From Parcubacteria group bacterium (GTDB lineage Bacteria; Patescibacteriota; Minisyncoccia; Phycocordibacterales; Phycocordibacteraceae), in contig JAQBRL010000020.1 in the NCBI GenBank assembly GCA_028286525.1, forward strand, positions 7,444 through 71,443: a stretch of DNA of 64,000 nucleotides, read 5' to 3'. Below the pieces are notes generated by a model. That model worked only from the letters and a program-made list of their open reading frames with translations, had not been told where the DNA came from and made no database searches. Below are positions 39,967-49,585 of this stretch, piece after piece; the stretch's first letter is position 1; every line of letters starts with the position of its first letter. The translations under genes and the position numbers were made by a program.

Positions 39967-40046
39967 GCAGGTTCCTGAACCTTAACCGCCTGGCCGCGCC
40001 CCCACCCGGGACGCGGCCATCGCTTTGCCTGTGCTATCGTATGCCC

Positions 40047-40997
40047 ATGTCCAAACCAGTCCTCCTGTCCGGCATGAAGCCGACCGGCACCGCTCATATC
40101 GGTAACTATTTCGGTGCGCTCAAACAGTGGGTCGACCTGCAAGAGGCAGGTGCCCACGATTGCTTCTTCATGATCGCGGACTACCACGCGCTCAACTTCA
40201 TTCAGGATGCAGGCCAGATGCACGCGCTTACGACGGAACTCGCACGCACCTTGCTCGCCATAGGCCTCGACCCAGAGCGCGTCACCATCTTCAAACAATC
40301 TACCGTCGCGGCTCATACCGAGCTCACGTGGATATTCGATACCATAACCACCATGCCGTATCTCATGCGCGCGCATGCCTTCAAGGATGCCGAGGCGAAG
40401 GATAAGGAAATAAACGTAGGCACCTTCAATTATCCGATGCTCATGGCGGCCGATATCCTGCTCTACGACGCAAAGGCCGTGCCCGTAGGCCAGGACCAGA
40501 AGCAGCATATCGAATACGCACGCGATACCGCGGAGAAATTCAATCGCGTCTTCAATGCCGAAACCTTCATCCTCCCCGAGCCCTATATCATGCCGGAAGT
40601 CGCCATCGTACCAGGTACCGACGGTCAGAAGATGAGCAAATCCTATGGAAACACCATTCCTCTGTTCGCGACACATGAAGAACTCACGAAAGCGGTTATG
40701 GGCATCGTCACTGATTCTTCTGGTGAACGCCCCGGCAACGTATACGCCATCCATCGCCTCGTACGAAGCGAGGATGAACTCGATACGCTCTACGAAGAGA
40801 ACAAGGGCCAGTACAAAGCTCTTAAGGAAGCTCTTATCGAGGACCTCGAAGCATTCATCGCGCCGATGCGCAAACGATACGAAGCACTTGAAGATTCGAA
40901 CGAGATAGACAAAGTACTTACCCGTGGCGCCGAAGTCGCACGAGCGCGAACGGACAAGAAAATGTATGAAGTTCGGTCCGCAATTGGGGTTTCCTAA
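40047..40997 (+). CDS. trpS: Tryptophan--tRNA ligase
   Basis: SGMKPTG.AHIGNYFGA, YPMLMAADIL, VPVGQDQKQH, KMSKS. Confidence 0.97.
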   Translation: MSKPVLLSGMKPTGTAHIGNYFGALKQWVDLQEAGAHDCFFMIADYHALNFIQDAGQMHALTTELARTLLAIGLDPERVTIFKQSTVAAHTELTWIFDTITTMPYLMRAHAFKDAEAKDKEINVGTFNYPMLMAADILLYDAKAVPVGQDQKQHIEYARDTAEKFNRVFNAETFILPEPYIMPEVAIVPGTDGQKMSKSYGNTIPLFATHEELTKAVMGIVTDSSGERPGNVYAIHRLVRSEDELDTLYEENKGQYKALKEALIEDLEAFIAPMRKRYEALEDSNEIDKVLTRGAEVARARTDKKMYEVRSAIGVS

Positions 40998-41042
40998 TAA
41001 ATTCTGAATAAGGTATCCTCGAATCAGAACAGGAGAGGTTCC

Positions 41043-41318
41043 ATGCCCACACACTGGAATGTGCTATATCTCGTGCTGGCAATCGTGTACGCCGTACCGA
41101 TAGCCTTCTACTGCCGAAATGGCTACTATCTGTTTCGCATCGAGTTCGAATCAATTCCTTCGAAGGAGTACAGGGTTCGGCGTGACGGAAGATATATGAC
41201 CGCGCTTCCTGCTCATTGGATCCGCAAGCTCCGTCGGTTCAGCCGCTACAGTGATCAAATGACGTGGCTGAACATAATCATGGGAGTCCTGCTGGTCGTG
41301 TCGATCCTTGTACCATGA
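41043..41318 (+). CDS. Small two-TM hypothetical protein
   Basis: SD AGGAG; TM segments at both ends; hairpin at 41335-41358. Confidence 0.6.
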   Translation: MPTHWNVLYLVLAIVYAVPIAFYCRNGYYLFRIEFESIPSKEYRVRRDGRYMTALPAHWIRKLRRFSRYSDQMTWLNIIMGVLLVVSILVP

Positions 41319-41386
41319 AGCGTGGGTTCGGAGCGACCCGGAACGAGAGTTCCGGGTCCTCTCTTTGCGTGCTATTTTAGACCTAT

Positions 41387-42697
41387 ATGCAGGGCCGAAT
41401 ACTGATAGGGGAGCTGGCTTCCCATGTAGGTGAGACCGTGACCATCGCTGGGTGGATAGATGTCCGCCGCGACCAGGGCAAGCTCGTATTCTTCGATTTC
41501 CGCGACCGCAGCGGCCTCGTGCAGGGTGTCATACTTCCGGGCGATGTGACCCTTATGGAGACCGCCAAAAGTACCCGTAACGAGTTCGTCGTGAGCGTAA
41601 CCGGCATCGTGAATAAGCGCCCCGAGAAGAACGTTCAAGAGGGGAAGCTGAACGGGGACATCGAACTCGAAATAAAGGGGATCGAGATACTCTCTAAGGC
41701 AGAAGAACTTCCGTTCGATAAGGACACCGACCTCAATATCGACACGCGGTTCGATTACCGCCCCTACACGCTCCGCAGCCAACGAGATAGAGACATCTTT
41801 ACGGTGCAGGCCACTATACTCGACGCGTATCGCAACTCACTCACGCGCCAAGGCCTCTTGGAATTCGTCGCGCCAGCGCTCGTGGGAGGAGACGCCGAAG
41901 GAGGGGCAGCAGTCTTTAAGGTTGGGTACTACTACGACCAGACCGCGTACCTCGCGACCTCGCCGCAGCTCTATAAGCAGATCATGGTCGGTGCATTCGA
42001 ACGCGTCTTCACCATCGCGAAGATCTTCCGTGCGGAGAAGCACGCGACCACGCGCCATCTTTCCGAGCTGACCCAGATGGACTTCGAGATGGGCTTCATA
42101 CAGGACGAATTCGACGTCATGGCAGTGCTCGAGACCGTAGTTCGCGATACCGTTACTGAAGTAGCGGACAAGCACGCAGCCGAGTTCGAACGCCTGGGCG
42201 CGGAAGTGCCCCAGCTCGGCGAGAAGTTCCCTGTACTTACGCTCGCTGAAGCCCACAAGACGCTCGGAGTCGCTCCGGAAGACGACATGACGCCCGAGCA
42301 CGAGCGCGACATATGCGCGTGGGCGCTCAAGGAGCATGGTTCTGACTTCGTATTCATCACGAAGTTCCCGACCGCTTCGCGCGCGTTCTATACCATGTCC
42401 GACAGAGAGACGCTCAGCCGCGGCTTTGACCTCCTTTTCCGTGGACTCGAGATAAACAGCGGTGCGCAGCGCATCCATGACTATGACGAGATGGTGGCTC
42501 GCATCGTCGAGCGCGGAATGGACCCTGCGAAATTCGCATTCTATCTCCAAGCATTCAAGTACGGCATGCCGCCGCACGGTGGCTGCTCAACGGGGCTTGA
42601 GCGCTTTACGGCGCGCATGCTCGAACTGGGTAACGTGAAAGAGGCGAGTGCCTTCCCGCGCGACATGAATCGTATCGATACGCTCCTCTCCCAATAG
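41387..42697 (+). CDS. aspS: Aspartate--tRNA(Asp/Asn) ligase, archaeal-type, probably non-discriminating
   Basis: OB-fold RRDQGKLVF; EGGA.VF; SPQLYKQ; FRAE; PPHGG; 436 aa with no GAD insert. Confidence 0.92.
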   Translation: MQGRILIGELASHVGETVTIAGWIDVRRDQGKLVFFDFRDRSGLVQGVILPGDVTLMETAKSTRNEFVVSVTGIVNKRPEKNVQEGKLNGDIELEIKGIEILSKAEELPFDKDTDLNIDTRFDYRPYTLRSQRDRDIFTVQATILDAYRNSLTRQGLLEFVAPALVGGDAEGGAAVFKVGYYYDQTAYLATSPQLYKQIMVGAFERVFTIAKIFRAEKHATTRHLSELTQMDFEMGFIQDEFDVMAVLETVVRDTVTEVADKHAAEFERLGAEVPQLGEKFPVLTLAEAHKTLGVAPEDDMTPEHERDICAWALKEHGSDFVFITKFPTASRAFYTMSDRETLSRGFDLLFRGLEINSGAQRIHDYDEMVARIVERGMDPAKFAFYLQAFKYGMPPHGGCSTGLERFTARMLELGNVKEASAFPRDMNRIDTLLSQ

Positions 42698-42698
42698 C

Positions 42699-44105
42699 AT
42701 GAAGATCACCCTCGCTAAAGATTCGATAGAGAAGGCACCGAAGGGTTACGTGCGCGTGCGTTTCGTACCGGAGAAAGGAGTAAAGCGCCTCGTGCGGGAA
42801 GGAGGTACGGACACCATCGAGCTCGGCGTCGCTACTCCGATGAATCGCCGGAAGTTCATTACGCTGTGCCGTTCTATCGTCACGACCGCCAAGCAATTCA
42901 AAGCGAAGAAAATCGCCGTCCAGTTCGACACCACGCCGTGGCTCTGGAAAGGCATGGAACAGGTGTCGCCGGAAGACCTTTCCCGTCTCGCTGCAGAGAA
43001 CTATGAGATGGCCAATTTCGAATTCACCAAGTTCAAGACGAAACCGAAGGAAGGATGGAATACCGTGGAGGAAATCATCGTATACGGCCCCTGGGACAAA
43101 GCCGTAGACGCAGGCGCAAAGCGCGGCCAAATGATCGGGGATGAAGTGAATAAGACGCGCTCGCTCGCGAACACTCCGGGAGGCGACATGACTCCCAAAG
43201 GTCTCGCGCAAGCCGCCAAGAATGCCGTACAGGGCCTTCCGGTGACCGTCACCACGCTCACGATGGCGCAGATGAAGTCGCTCGGCATGGGGGCGCTCCT
43301 TGGCGTCGGCAAGGGTTCCATTCATCCGCCGACGTTCACTATCATGGAATACAAGGGCGCGGCGGATGCTCCTATCGTGCTCGCCGGCAAGGGCATTACC
43401 TTCGATTCAGGAGGACTCAATCTCAAGCCATCGAACGCCATCTATGAAATGCACATGGATATGTCTGGAGCGGCCGCGGTCATACACACCGTCGCGCTTG
43501 CGGCACGCCTGAAGCTCAAGAAGCATGTCATCGGCCTCATTCCTTCGGCGGAGAACATGCCCGGGAACGAAGCGTATCGTCCGGGCGATATACTGCGCTC
43601 CATGTCCGGAAAGACCATCGAGGTCCTCAATACGGACGCCGAGGGACGTCTCGTGCTTGCCGACGCCATTACCTATGCAAAGAAATTCAAGCCAAGCGTC
43701 GTCATCGATGTGGCGACGCTTACGGGCGCCGCGCTTTCCGCGCTCGGACTCTACGCAAGCGGCGTCATGAGCCGCGACGAGTCGCTCGCGCAAAACCTTA
43801 CGAAGCTCGGCGAAGAGAGCGGCGATTACGTCTGGCCGCTTCCGCTCTGGGACGAGTACGAGGCAGCGATACAGGGCACCTTCGCGGATATTACCAATAT
43901 CGGCACGGGGCAATCCGGCCGGTACGGCGGCGCTATCGAGGGCGGCATCTTCCTCTGGCAATTCGCCAAGGAGCTTGCGTGCCCCTGGGCGCACCTCGAT
44001 ATCGCTCCGCGCATGACCGCCGCACCGGGCGAGGAGCTCGCCAAGGGTGCCGCCGGCGCACCCGTCCGCCTGCTCATCCGCTTCATCGAGTCATGGAAAC
44101 CGTAA
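42699..44105 (+). CDS. pepA: Leucyl aminopeptidase (M17)
   Basis: GKGITFDSGG, DMSGAA, NTDAEGRLVLAD, WAHLDIA. Confidence 0.94.
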   Translation: MKITLAKDSIEKAPKGYVRVRFVPEKGVKRLVREGGTDTIELGVATPMNRRKFITLCRSIVTTAKQFKAKKIAVQFDTTPWLWKGMEQVSPEDLSRLAAENYEMANFEFTKFKTKPKEGWNTVEEIIVYGPWDKAVDAGAKRGQMIGDEVNKTRSLANTPGGDMTPKGLAQAAKNAVQGLPVTVTTLTMAQMKSLGMGALLGVGKGSIHPPTFTIMEYKGAADAPIVLAGKGITFDSGGLNLKPSNAIYEMHMDMSGAAAVIHTVALAARLKLKKHVIGLIPSAENMPGNEAYRPGDILRSMSGKTIEVLNTDAEGRLVLADAITYAKKFKPSVVIDVATLTGAALSALGLYASGVMSRDESLAQNLTKLGEESGDYVWPLPLWDEYEAAIQGTFADITNIGTGQSGRYGGAIEGGIFLWQFAKELACPWAHLDIAPRMTAAPGEELAKGAAGAPVRLLIRFIESWKP

Positions 44106-44833
44106 TCAAGGAGTCGGGCCTCCACTTCCGCACGGATGCCTACGAAGGCCCGTTCGAGCTCGTGCTCGAACTCATCGAGAAGCGCAAGCTTTCCATAAGC
44201 GACATATCGCTTTCGCAGGTGACGGACGATTACATCCAGCACGTGCGCACGCAGGCGAAATTCCCCATGGAAGACGCAGCGCAATTCATCGGGGTCGCCG
44301 CCACCCTGCTTTTAATAAAATCGAAATCCCTTATCCCTGACTTGGAACTCTCGGAGGAGGAGGAGAGCGATGTGGACGAGCTCAAGCGCAGGCTCACGGA
44401 ATACGAGCGCGTACGCGAGATGATGCGCGAACTCGCGCGTATCTTCGGCCGACAGGTCATGGTCTCGGCAGGGGAACGCGCGCCCGAGGTCGTCTTCGCC
44501 CCCAGCAAAGACCTCACCACTGCGAACCTCACCGAAGCGCTCGCGGATGCGCTGACCGCGCTCGAAAAAGAAGAGAAGCTGCCGGAAGCGCGCGTGCGCA
44601 CCATGATCACCATCGAAGAGATGATGGAGCGGCTGGTTGCGCGCGTGCAGCAGAAACTCACGATGTCCTTCGCCGAATTCGCGGGAGATGCCAAGGAGCG
44701 CGTGGAGGTAATCGTCTCATTTCTGGCGCTTCTCGAACTCGTGAAGCAGGGCGCAGTCGACGCGCTCCAGCACGGTACCTTCGCGGATATCCGCATCACC
44801 AATACCGCCCCCGCGACTCCCTCCTACGGCTAG
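44093..44833 (+). CDS. scpA: Segregation and condensation protein A
   Basis: YEGPFELVLELIEK, LIKSKSL.P, FLALLELVK. Confidence 0.93.
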   Translation: METVIKESGLHFRTDAYEGPFELVLELIEKRKLSISDISLSQVTDDYIQHVRTQAKFPMEDAAQFIGVAATLLLIKSKSLIPDLELSEEEESDVDELKRRLTEYERVREMMRELARIFGRQVMVSAGERAPEVVFAPSKDLTTANLTEALADALTALEKEEKLPEARVRTMITIEEMMERLVARVQQKLTMSFAEFAGDAKERVEVIVSFLALLELVKQGAVDALQHGTFADIRITNTAPATPSYG

Positions 44834-44836
44834 CAT

Positions 44837-45334
44837 ATGAAAACAATTCTCATGATGGTTATGACCGTGAACGGATTCATTGCACGTTTAAACGATGAAG
44901 TACCTTGGTCACCAGAGGAATTCAAGCGTTGCGCCGAATTCGCACGAGAAGCGGGTAATATCATCGTAGGTCGCAAAACCTACCAGATCATGAAGGAGAC
45001 CGACGATATCGACGATGAGATCTTGACGATTGTCATTTCACGAGATGTCTTAGAGCCGCATGGCAATACGGTATATGTGACGTCCCCGACGCACGCGCTT
45101 GCCTATGCCAAAGATAAAGGGTTTGCAACAGCTAACATAGGAGGTGGCACTGCTCTTGTCACCGATTTGCTCACGCGAGGCCTTATAGATGAGATTGTGC
45201 TCGATATCGAGCCGATATTATTCGATAGAGGACTTCCTCTTGCACAAGTTTCTATACCTGATATTCACCTGGAACATCTCTCGACGCAGCAGTTCGGTGA
45301 TACGGTCCGCCTTCGGTACGAGGTCAAGAAATAA
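44837..45334 (+). CDS. Dihydrofolate reductase / RibD C-terminal family protein
   Basis: TVNGFIA, VGRKTY, IGGG, GLIDEI. Confidence 0.85.
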   Translation: MKTILMMVMTVNGFIARLNDEVPWSPEEFKRCAEFAREAGNIIVGRKTYQIMKETDDIDDEILTIVISRDVLEPHGNTVYVTSPTHALAYAKDKGFATANIGGGTALVTDLLTRGLIDEIVLDIEPILFDRGLPLAQVSIPDIHLEHLSTQQFGDTVRLRYEVKK

Positions 45335-45388
45335 CAGTGGACAGGAAGGGTTTCCGCGTGTCCCTATACGCGGTATTCTATACGGACT

Positions 45389-45943
45389 ATGGCGCTCCCT
45401 CACTCCGCCCTTCTTGAAGCCGTGCTTTTTGCAGCAGGTGAGCCTCTTAACAAAGCACGGACGACCAAACTGCTTGGTCTTTCCGATGGGGATTTTGCGG
45501 ACGCGGTTATCGCACTCGCCACTGCGCTTGAGGGTAGGGGGCTTGCGCTCATCGAGACCGAGAAAGAGCTTGAGCTTCGCACCGCGCCAGGAGCGGCAGA
45601 CACGATAAAGGCACTGCGCGAGAGCGAGCTTTCGCGCGACCTCGGAAAGGCGAGCTTGGAAACCCTCGCCATGATCCTCTACCGGGGGAGCGCGACCCGC
45701 AGCGAAATAGATTGGGTCCGTGGCGTGAACTCGGCTGCAGCCATCCGCTCGCTTACGCTGCGCGGCCTTATCGAACGCGGCGAGGACGCTACCGATAAGC
45801 GCCGCGCGCGTTACACCGCTACCGTGGATGCGCTCGCCCACCTGGGCGTGAGCAAGAAAGAGGACCTGCCGCGATATGAGGAATTCACCACGACCATTGC
45901 CGCGGAAGAGCGGAAAGGGGAGGAGGACGCGAACGCCATATGA
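45389..45943 (+). CDS. scpB: Segregation and condensation protein B
   Basis: LEAVLFAAGEP, LETLAMILYR..TRSEID.VRGVNS. Confidence 0.95.
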   Translation: MALPHSALLEAVLFAAGEPLNKARTTKLLGLSDGDFADAVIALATALEGRGLALIETEKELELRTAPGAADTIKALRESELSRDLGKASLETLAMILYRGSATRSEIDWVRGVNSAAAIRSLTLRGLIERGEDATDKRRARYTATVDALAHLGVSKKEDLPRYEEFTTTIAAEERKGEEDANAI

Positions 45944-46917
45944 AAGCAGCTGAGCATCCGGACCTGACCACGCTCATCGCGCGCCTCGAGCGGCGTCGAA
46001 GACGCCGCCAAGGCGCGACCACCCTCATGGCCGCCGTCGGCCTCATTGGGTTCGGCGTCATGATGGTACCGGTGCTCGGAAATCATCATTCCTTTTCGGT
46101 GGCGCTGTCCTCCCCGGCGACGAGCACTCCGGCAGCAGGGAATGCCTATGCGCACGTCGCGCTCATCGGGCACGCTGCAGTCGTCTATGATCTATCGACC
46201 GGGCAGATGCTGTACGAAAAGAATGCGGACACGCAATTGCCGCTCGCATCCCTCACAAAACTGCTCACCACCTACGCTGCAGTGACGAATCTTACGCCGG
46301 ATGCACCCGTCGTGATCACCGACACGGCCGTCGCGCAGGAAGGCGATAGCGGCCTTGCCGTCGGCCAGACGTTCGCGCTGAAAGATATCGCGCGTTTCGC
46401 GCTCGTCGCGTCGTCTAACGATGCCGCTGAAGCTATCGCCGAGGCAGCAGCGAGCAGGCACGCGGTCACGAACCAAAGCCTGCTTGCGAGCGCGGCGAGC
46501 GCGGCCGGTCTCACGCAGACCTATGCGCTGAACGGCACGGGGCTCGACGTAAGCGCAAAGGTCGCCGGCGGCTACGGCTCGGCGCACGATATCGCGCTTC
46601 TGGCAGGCGCGCTCCTGAAACAGGCGCCGACGATAGCGCACGCGACGATCGAGTCCGCGATCGCGGTCCGGGACTATACGGGCACCGTGCACACGCTTCC
46701 GAACACCAACCAGGACATCGCACGTGTCCCTAATCCGCTTCTTTCGAAGACCGGATTTACGGACCTCGCTGGCGGTAACCTCGTGGTCGTCTTCGATGCG
46801 GGTATCGACCACCCGGTCGCGGTCGTCGTGCTCGGCTCGACGCGCGATGGCCGCTTCACTGATGTGGAGACCTTGGTAAGCAGTACGCTCGATCATTTCG
46901 CGCAGCTGGCGCCATAG
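45940..46917 (+). CDS. D-alanyl-D-alanine carboxypeptidase (S11)
   Basis: N-terminal TM; ASLTK (SxxK), SSN (SxN), KTG. Confidence 0.9.
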   Translation: MKAAEHPDLTTLIARLERRRRRRQGATTLMAAVGLIGFGVMMVPVLGNHHSFSVALSSPATSTPAAGNAYAHVALIGHAAVVYDLSTGQMLYEKNADTQLPLASLTKLLTTYAAVTNLTPDAPVVITDTAVAQEGDSGLAVGQTFALKDIARFALVASSNDAAEAIAEAAASRHAVTNQSLLASAASAAGLTQTYALNGTGLDVSAKVAGGYGSAHDIALLAGALLKQAPTIAHATIESAIAVRDYTGTVHTLPNTNQDIARVPNPLLSKTGFTDLAGGNLVVVFDAGIDHPVAVVVLGSTRDGRFTDVETLVSSTLDHFAQLAP

Positions 46918-46921
46918 TTCT

Positions 46922-47983
46922 ATGATTTTCAATGCCGCCAGAGTTCTAATCCCTTTCGTTGCTGCGTTCATCATCGGTATCGGCCTTTCGCCCCTGGTCA
47001 CGCATTACCTATATCGCTACAAAGCCTGGAAGAAGATAGGCGGAAAGGGGAGAGGGATGGGCGACGAAACCGGCACGCCTCTCTTCGACTCTCTCCACAG
47101 CGAGCGAGAGGTTTCCACCCCGCGCATGGGTGGCATCGTCGTGTGGGGAGCGACCCTTATTACGGCGCTCCTGGCGATGGTGCTCGCTCAGGCATTCGGC
47201 GGCCCCTTCGTGAATCTCGATTTCGTGAACCGCGGGCAGACGTGGCTCCCGCTCTTCGCGCTCATTGTGGGCGCGCTCGTAGGACTTCTTGATGATATCC
47301 TCGAGGTCACCAAGAGCAGCGGAGGGCTTTCGCTCCGGTATCGCCTCCTGCTGGTGGCGCTTCTTGCCGGGTTTTCCGGGTGGTGGTTCTACGCAAAGCT
47401 CGGGGTCTCCTCCGTCGGTATTCCGTTCTTCGGAGCGATTCCGCTCGGAGTATTTTTCATACCGTTCTTCATCCTCGTCACGCTCGCGCTGTATGCCGGC
47501 GGCGTCATCGACGGCATCGATGGACTTGCCGGCGGCATCTTCGCTATCATTTTCCTCACGTATGCAGCCATCGCATTCGCGCAGAACCAGGTATCGCTGG
47601 CGGCCTTTGCGGCAACCGTTGCCGGCAGCCTCTTCGCCTTCCTCTGGTTCAATATCCCGCCTGCCCGTTTCTACTTATCGGAAACCGGCACCATGGCGCT
47701 CACGGTCGCGCTCGCTATCACCGCCTTCTCGGCGGATGTGCTCGGCGACGGCGTAGGCGTTGCCGTCCTTCCCATCATCGCACTCCCGCTTACGGTGACG
47801 GTCGCAACGAGCGCCCTGCAGGTCATCGGAAAGAAGGTATTCAAGAGGAAGATATTCCGTATCGCGCCTATCCATCACCACTTCGAAGCGCTCGGTTGGC
47901 CGGCCTATAAGGTAACGATGCGCTACTGGGTCATCACTATCATCGCCGGCATCTTCGGTATCTCGATAGCGCTTTTGAAATAG
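46922..47983 (+). CDS. mraY: Phospho-N-acetylmuramoyl-pentapeptide transferase
   Basis: TPRMGG, GLLDD, DGIDGL, APIHHHFE. Confidence 0.94.
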   Translation: MIFNAARVLIPFVAAFIIGIGLSPLVTHYLYRYKAWKKIGGKGRGMGDETGTPLFDSLHSEREVSTPRMGGIVVWGATLITALLAMVLAQAFGGPFVNLDFVNRGQTWLPLFALIVGALVGLLDDILEVTKSSGGLSLRYRLLLVALLAGFSGWWFYAKLGVSSVGIPFFGAIPLGVFFIPFFILVTLALYAGGVIDGIDGLAGGIFAIIFLTYAAIAFAQNQVSLAAFAATVAGSLFAFLWFNIPPARFYLSETGTMALTVALAITAFSADVLGDGVGVAVLPIIALPLTVTVATSALQVIGKKVFKRKIFRIAPIHHHFEALGWPAYKVTMRYWVITIIAGIFGISIALLK

Positions 47984-47984
47984 C

Positions 47985-49094
47985 ATGCGCATTCTCGCTG
48001 GCGATCGTCTGTTCTTCTTCATCGTCCTCATCCTGGTGGTGGGTGGGGCAGCGATGTTCCTTTCCGCTGCGCTTGGACTGCTCGCGCGCCAGAACGCTGA
48101 CCTCGGGCATTTGGCTATCACGCAGCTCGTGCTCGGCCTTATCCCGGGCCTCATTGCGCTCGTCATCATACGCTTCACCCCGCAGAAACTCTTCATGCGC
48201 GGCATCCTCCCGTTCTATATCTTCGCGGTGCTTGCGACCATTCTTGTATTCATTCCCCATGTCGGCGTGCATACCAACGGCGCTACGCGCTGGCTTCAAG
48301 TCGGTCCCGTTACCGTCCAGCCAGCGGAGTTCCTGAAGATAGCGGTCGTGCTCATGTTTGCGAGCTATCTCGCCAAAATGCGCTCCAAGCTCTCTGATAT
48401 GCGGTACGGCCTGCTCGGGTTCGGAGTCATCGTGGGCATCCCTGCCGCGCTTCTCGTCATGCAGCCGAATACCTCTACCTTGCTCGTGCTCGGCGCCACG
48501 ACTGCGGCGATGTACTTCATCGCTGGCGCCCCCTGGCGTGACTTCGCTGTCTTGCTCGTAGTCGCGCTCGTGGGACTCGGCATCATCATCGCCGCGCGCC
48601 CGTACGTGCTGCAGCGCATACAGACATTCGTGCATCCAGCCGATAACTCGCTTACGAGCGGCTATCAGATCCAGCAGTCCTTGATCGCGGTCGGTTCAGG
48701 GGGACTGCTGGGCCGTGGCTTCGGGCAGAGCGTGCAGAAATTCAATTATCTTCCGGCAGCGGTGGATGATGCGATATTCGCGGTATACGCCGAGGAGTTC
48801 GGGTTCGTAGGCGCCGTCTTCCTCGTGCTGCTCTTCCTCGCGTTCGCCGCGCGCGGGCTCATGATAGCGGCGGAGGCGAGCAACGCGTTCGGGACATTCG
48901 CCGCTACCGGACTGACCCTCATCATCACTATCTCGGCCTTCCTCAACATCGGCGCCATGCTTTCCATATTCCCGCTCACCGGGCTTCCGCTGCCATTCAT
49001 CAGTCATGGAGGCACGGCGCTCCTAGCGGCGCTCGCATCCATCGGCGTCATCCTCAATATCGCTGCGAACCGCGCGAAGAAGCGAACGCGTTAG
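47985..49094 (+). CDS. ftsW: SEDS family peptidoglycan glycosyltransferase (FtsW/RodA)
   Basis: NGATRW, QPAEFLK, GYQIQQS..A.GSGG..G.G, LPFISHGG; located between mraY and murG. Confidence 0.88.
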   Translation: MRILAGDRLFFFIVLILVVGGAAMFLSAALGLLARQNADLGHLAITQLVLGLIPGLIALVIIRFTPQKLFMRGILPFYIFAVLATILVFIPHVGVHTNGATRWLQVGPVTVQPAEFLKIAVVLMFASYLAKMRSKLSDMRYGLLGFGVIVGIPAALLVMQPNTSTLLVLGATTAAMYFIAGAPWRDFAVLLVVALVGLGIIIAARPYVLQRIQTFVHPADNSLTSGYQIQQSLIAVGSGGLLGRGFGQSVQKFNYLPAAVDDAIFAVYAEEFGFVGAVFLVLLFLAFAARGLMIAAEASNAFGTFAATGLTLIITISAFLNIGAMLSIFPLTGLPLPFISHGGTALLAALASIGVILNIAANRAKKRTR

Positions 49095-49098
49095 ATAT

Positions 49099-49578
49099 AT
49101 GACGCTTCCCGAAGCTGAATATTATGCAGGCCTCGCGAAGAAAGGCTGCGGCGCTGCCGTTCTTCTCTTTAATGAGAGAGGCGAACTGCTTATCGTTGAC
49201 CCGAACTACAAACCCGATTGGGGACTTCCGGGCGGTGCGGTCGATGCTGATGAATCGCCGCGACTCGGAGCCCTTCGCGAAGTGCGGGAGGAGCTTGGCA
49301 TCTCCTTATCAACGCTTACGCTCATAGGGGTCGATTACATTCCGAGCAACCCTCCGCGTACCGAGGCGCTCTACCTTACCTTCGATGGAGGTGTCCTGAA
49401 CGGAAAGGAAATCGAATCCATCATTCTGCAGAAAGACGAACTGGACGAGTATCGCTTCGTGGATATCGCTGAAGCCATACAGCTTCTCAATCCACGGCAA
49501 GGAGGAAGATTGCCAGCATGTCTCGAAGCGCGAGCAAAAGGAACGGTCGCCTATACCGAGAATGGTATGCTTACGTAA
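49099..49578 (+). CDS. NUDIX hydrolase
   Basis: PGGAVDADESPRLGALREVREELGI. Confidence 0.92.
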   Translation: MTLPEAEYYAGLAKKGCGAAVLLFNERGELLIVDPNYKPDWGLPGGAVDADESPRLGALREVREELGISLSTLTLIGVDYIPSNPPRTEALYLTFDGGVLNGKEIESIILQKDELDEYRFVDIAEAIQLLNPRQGGRLPACLEARAKGTVAYTENGMLT

Positions 49579-49585
49579 ATAGGCT

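Noticed and set aside
39506-40040. tRNA-Tyr as the attachment site of an integrated element
   Set aside because: No integrase and no duplicated tRNA 3' end were found; only one small ORF follows.
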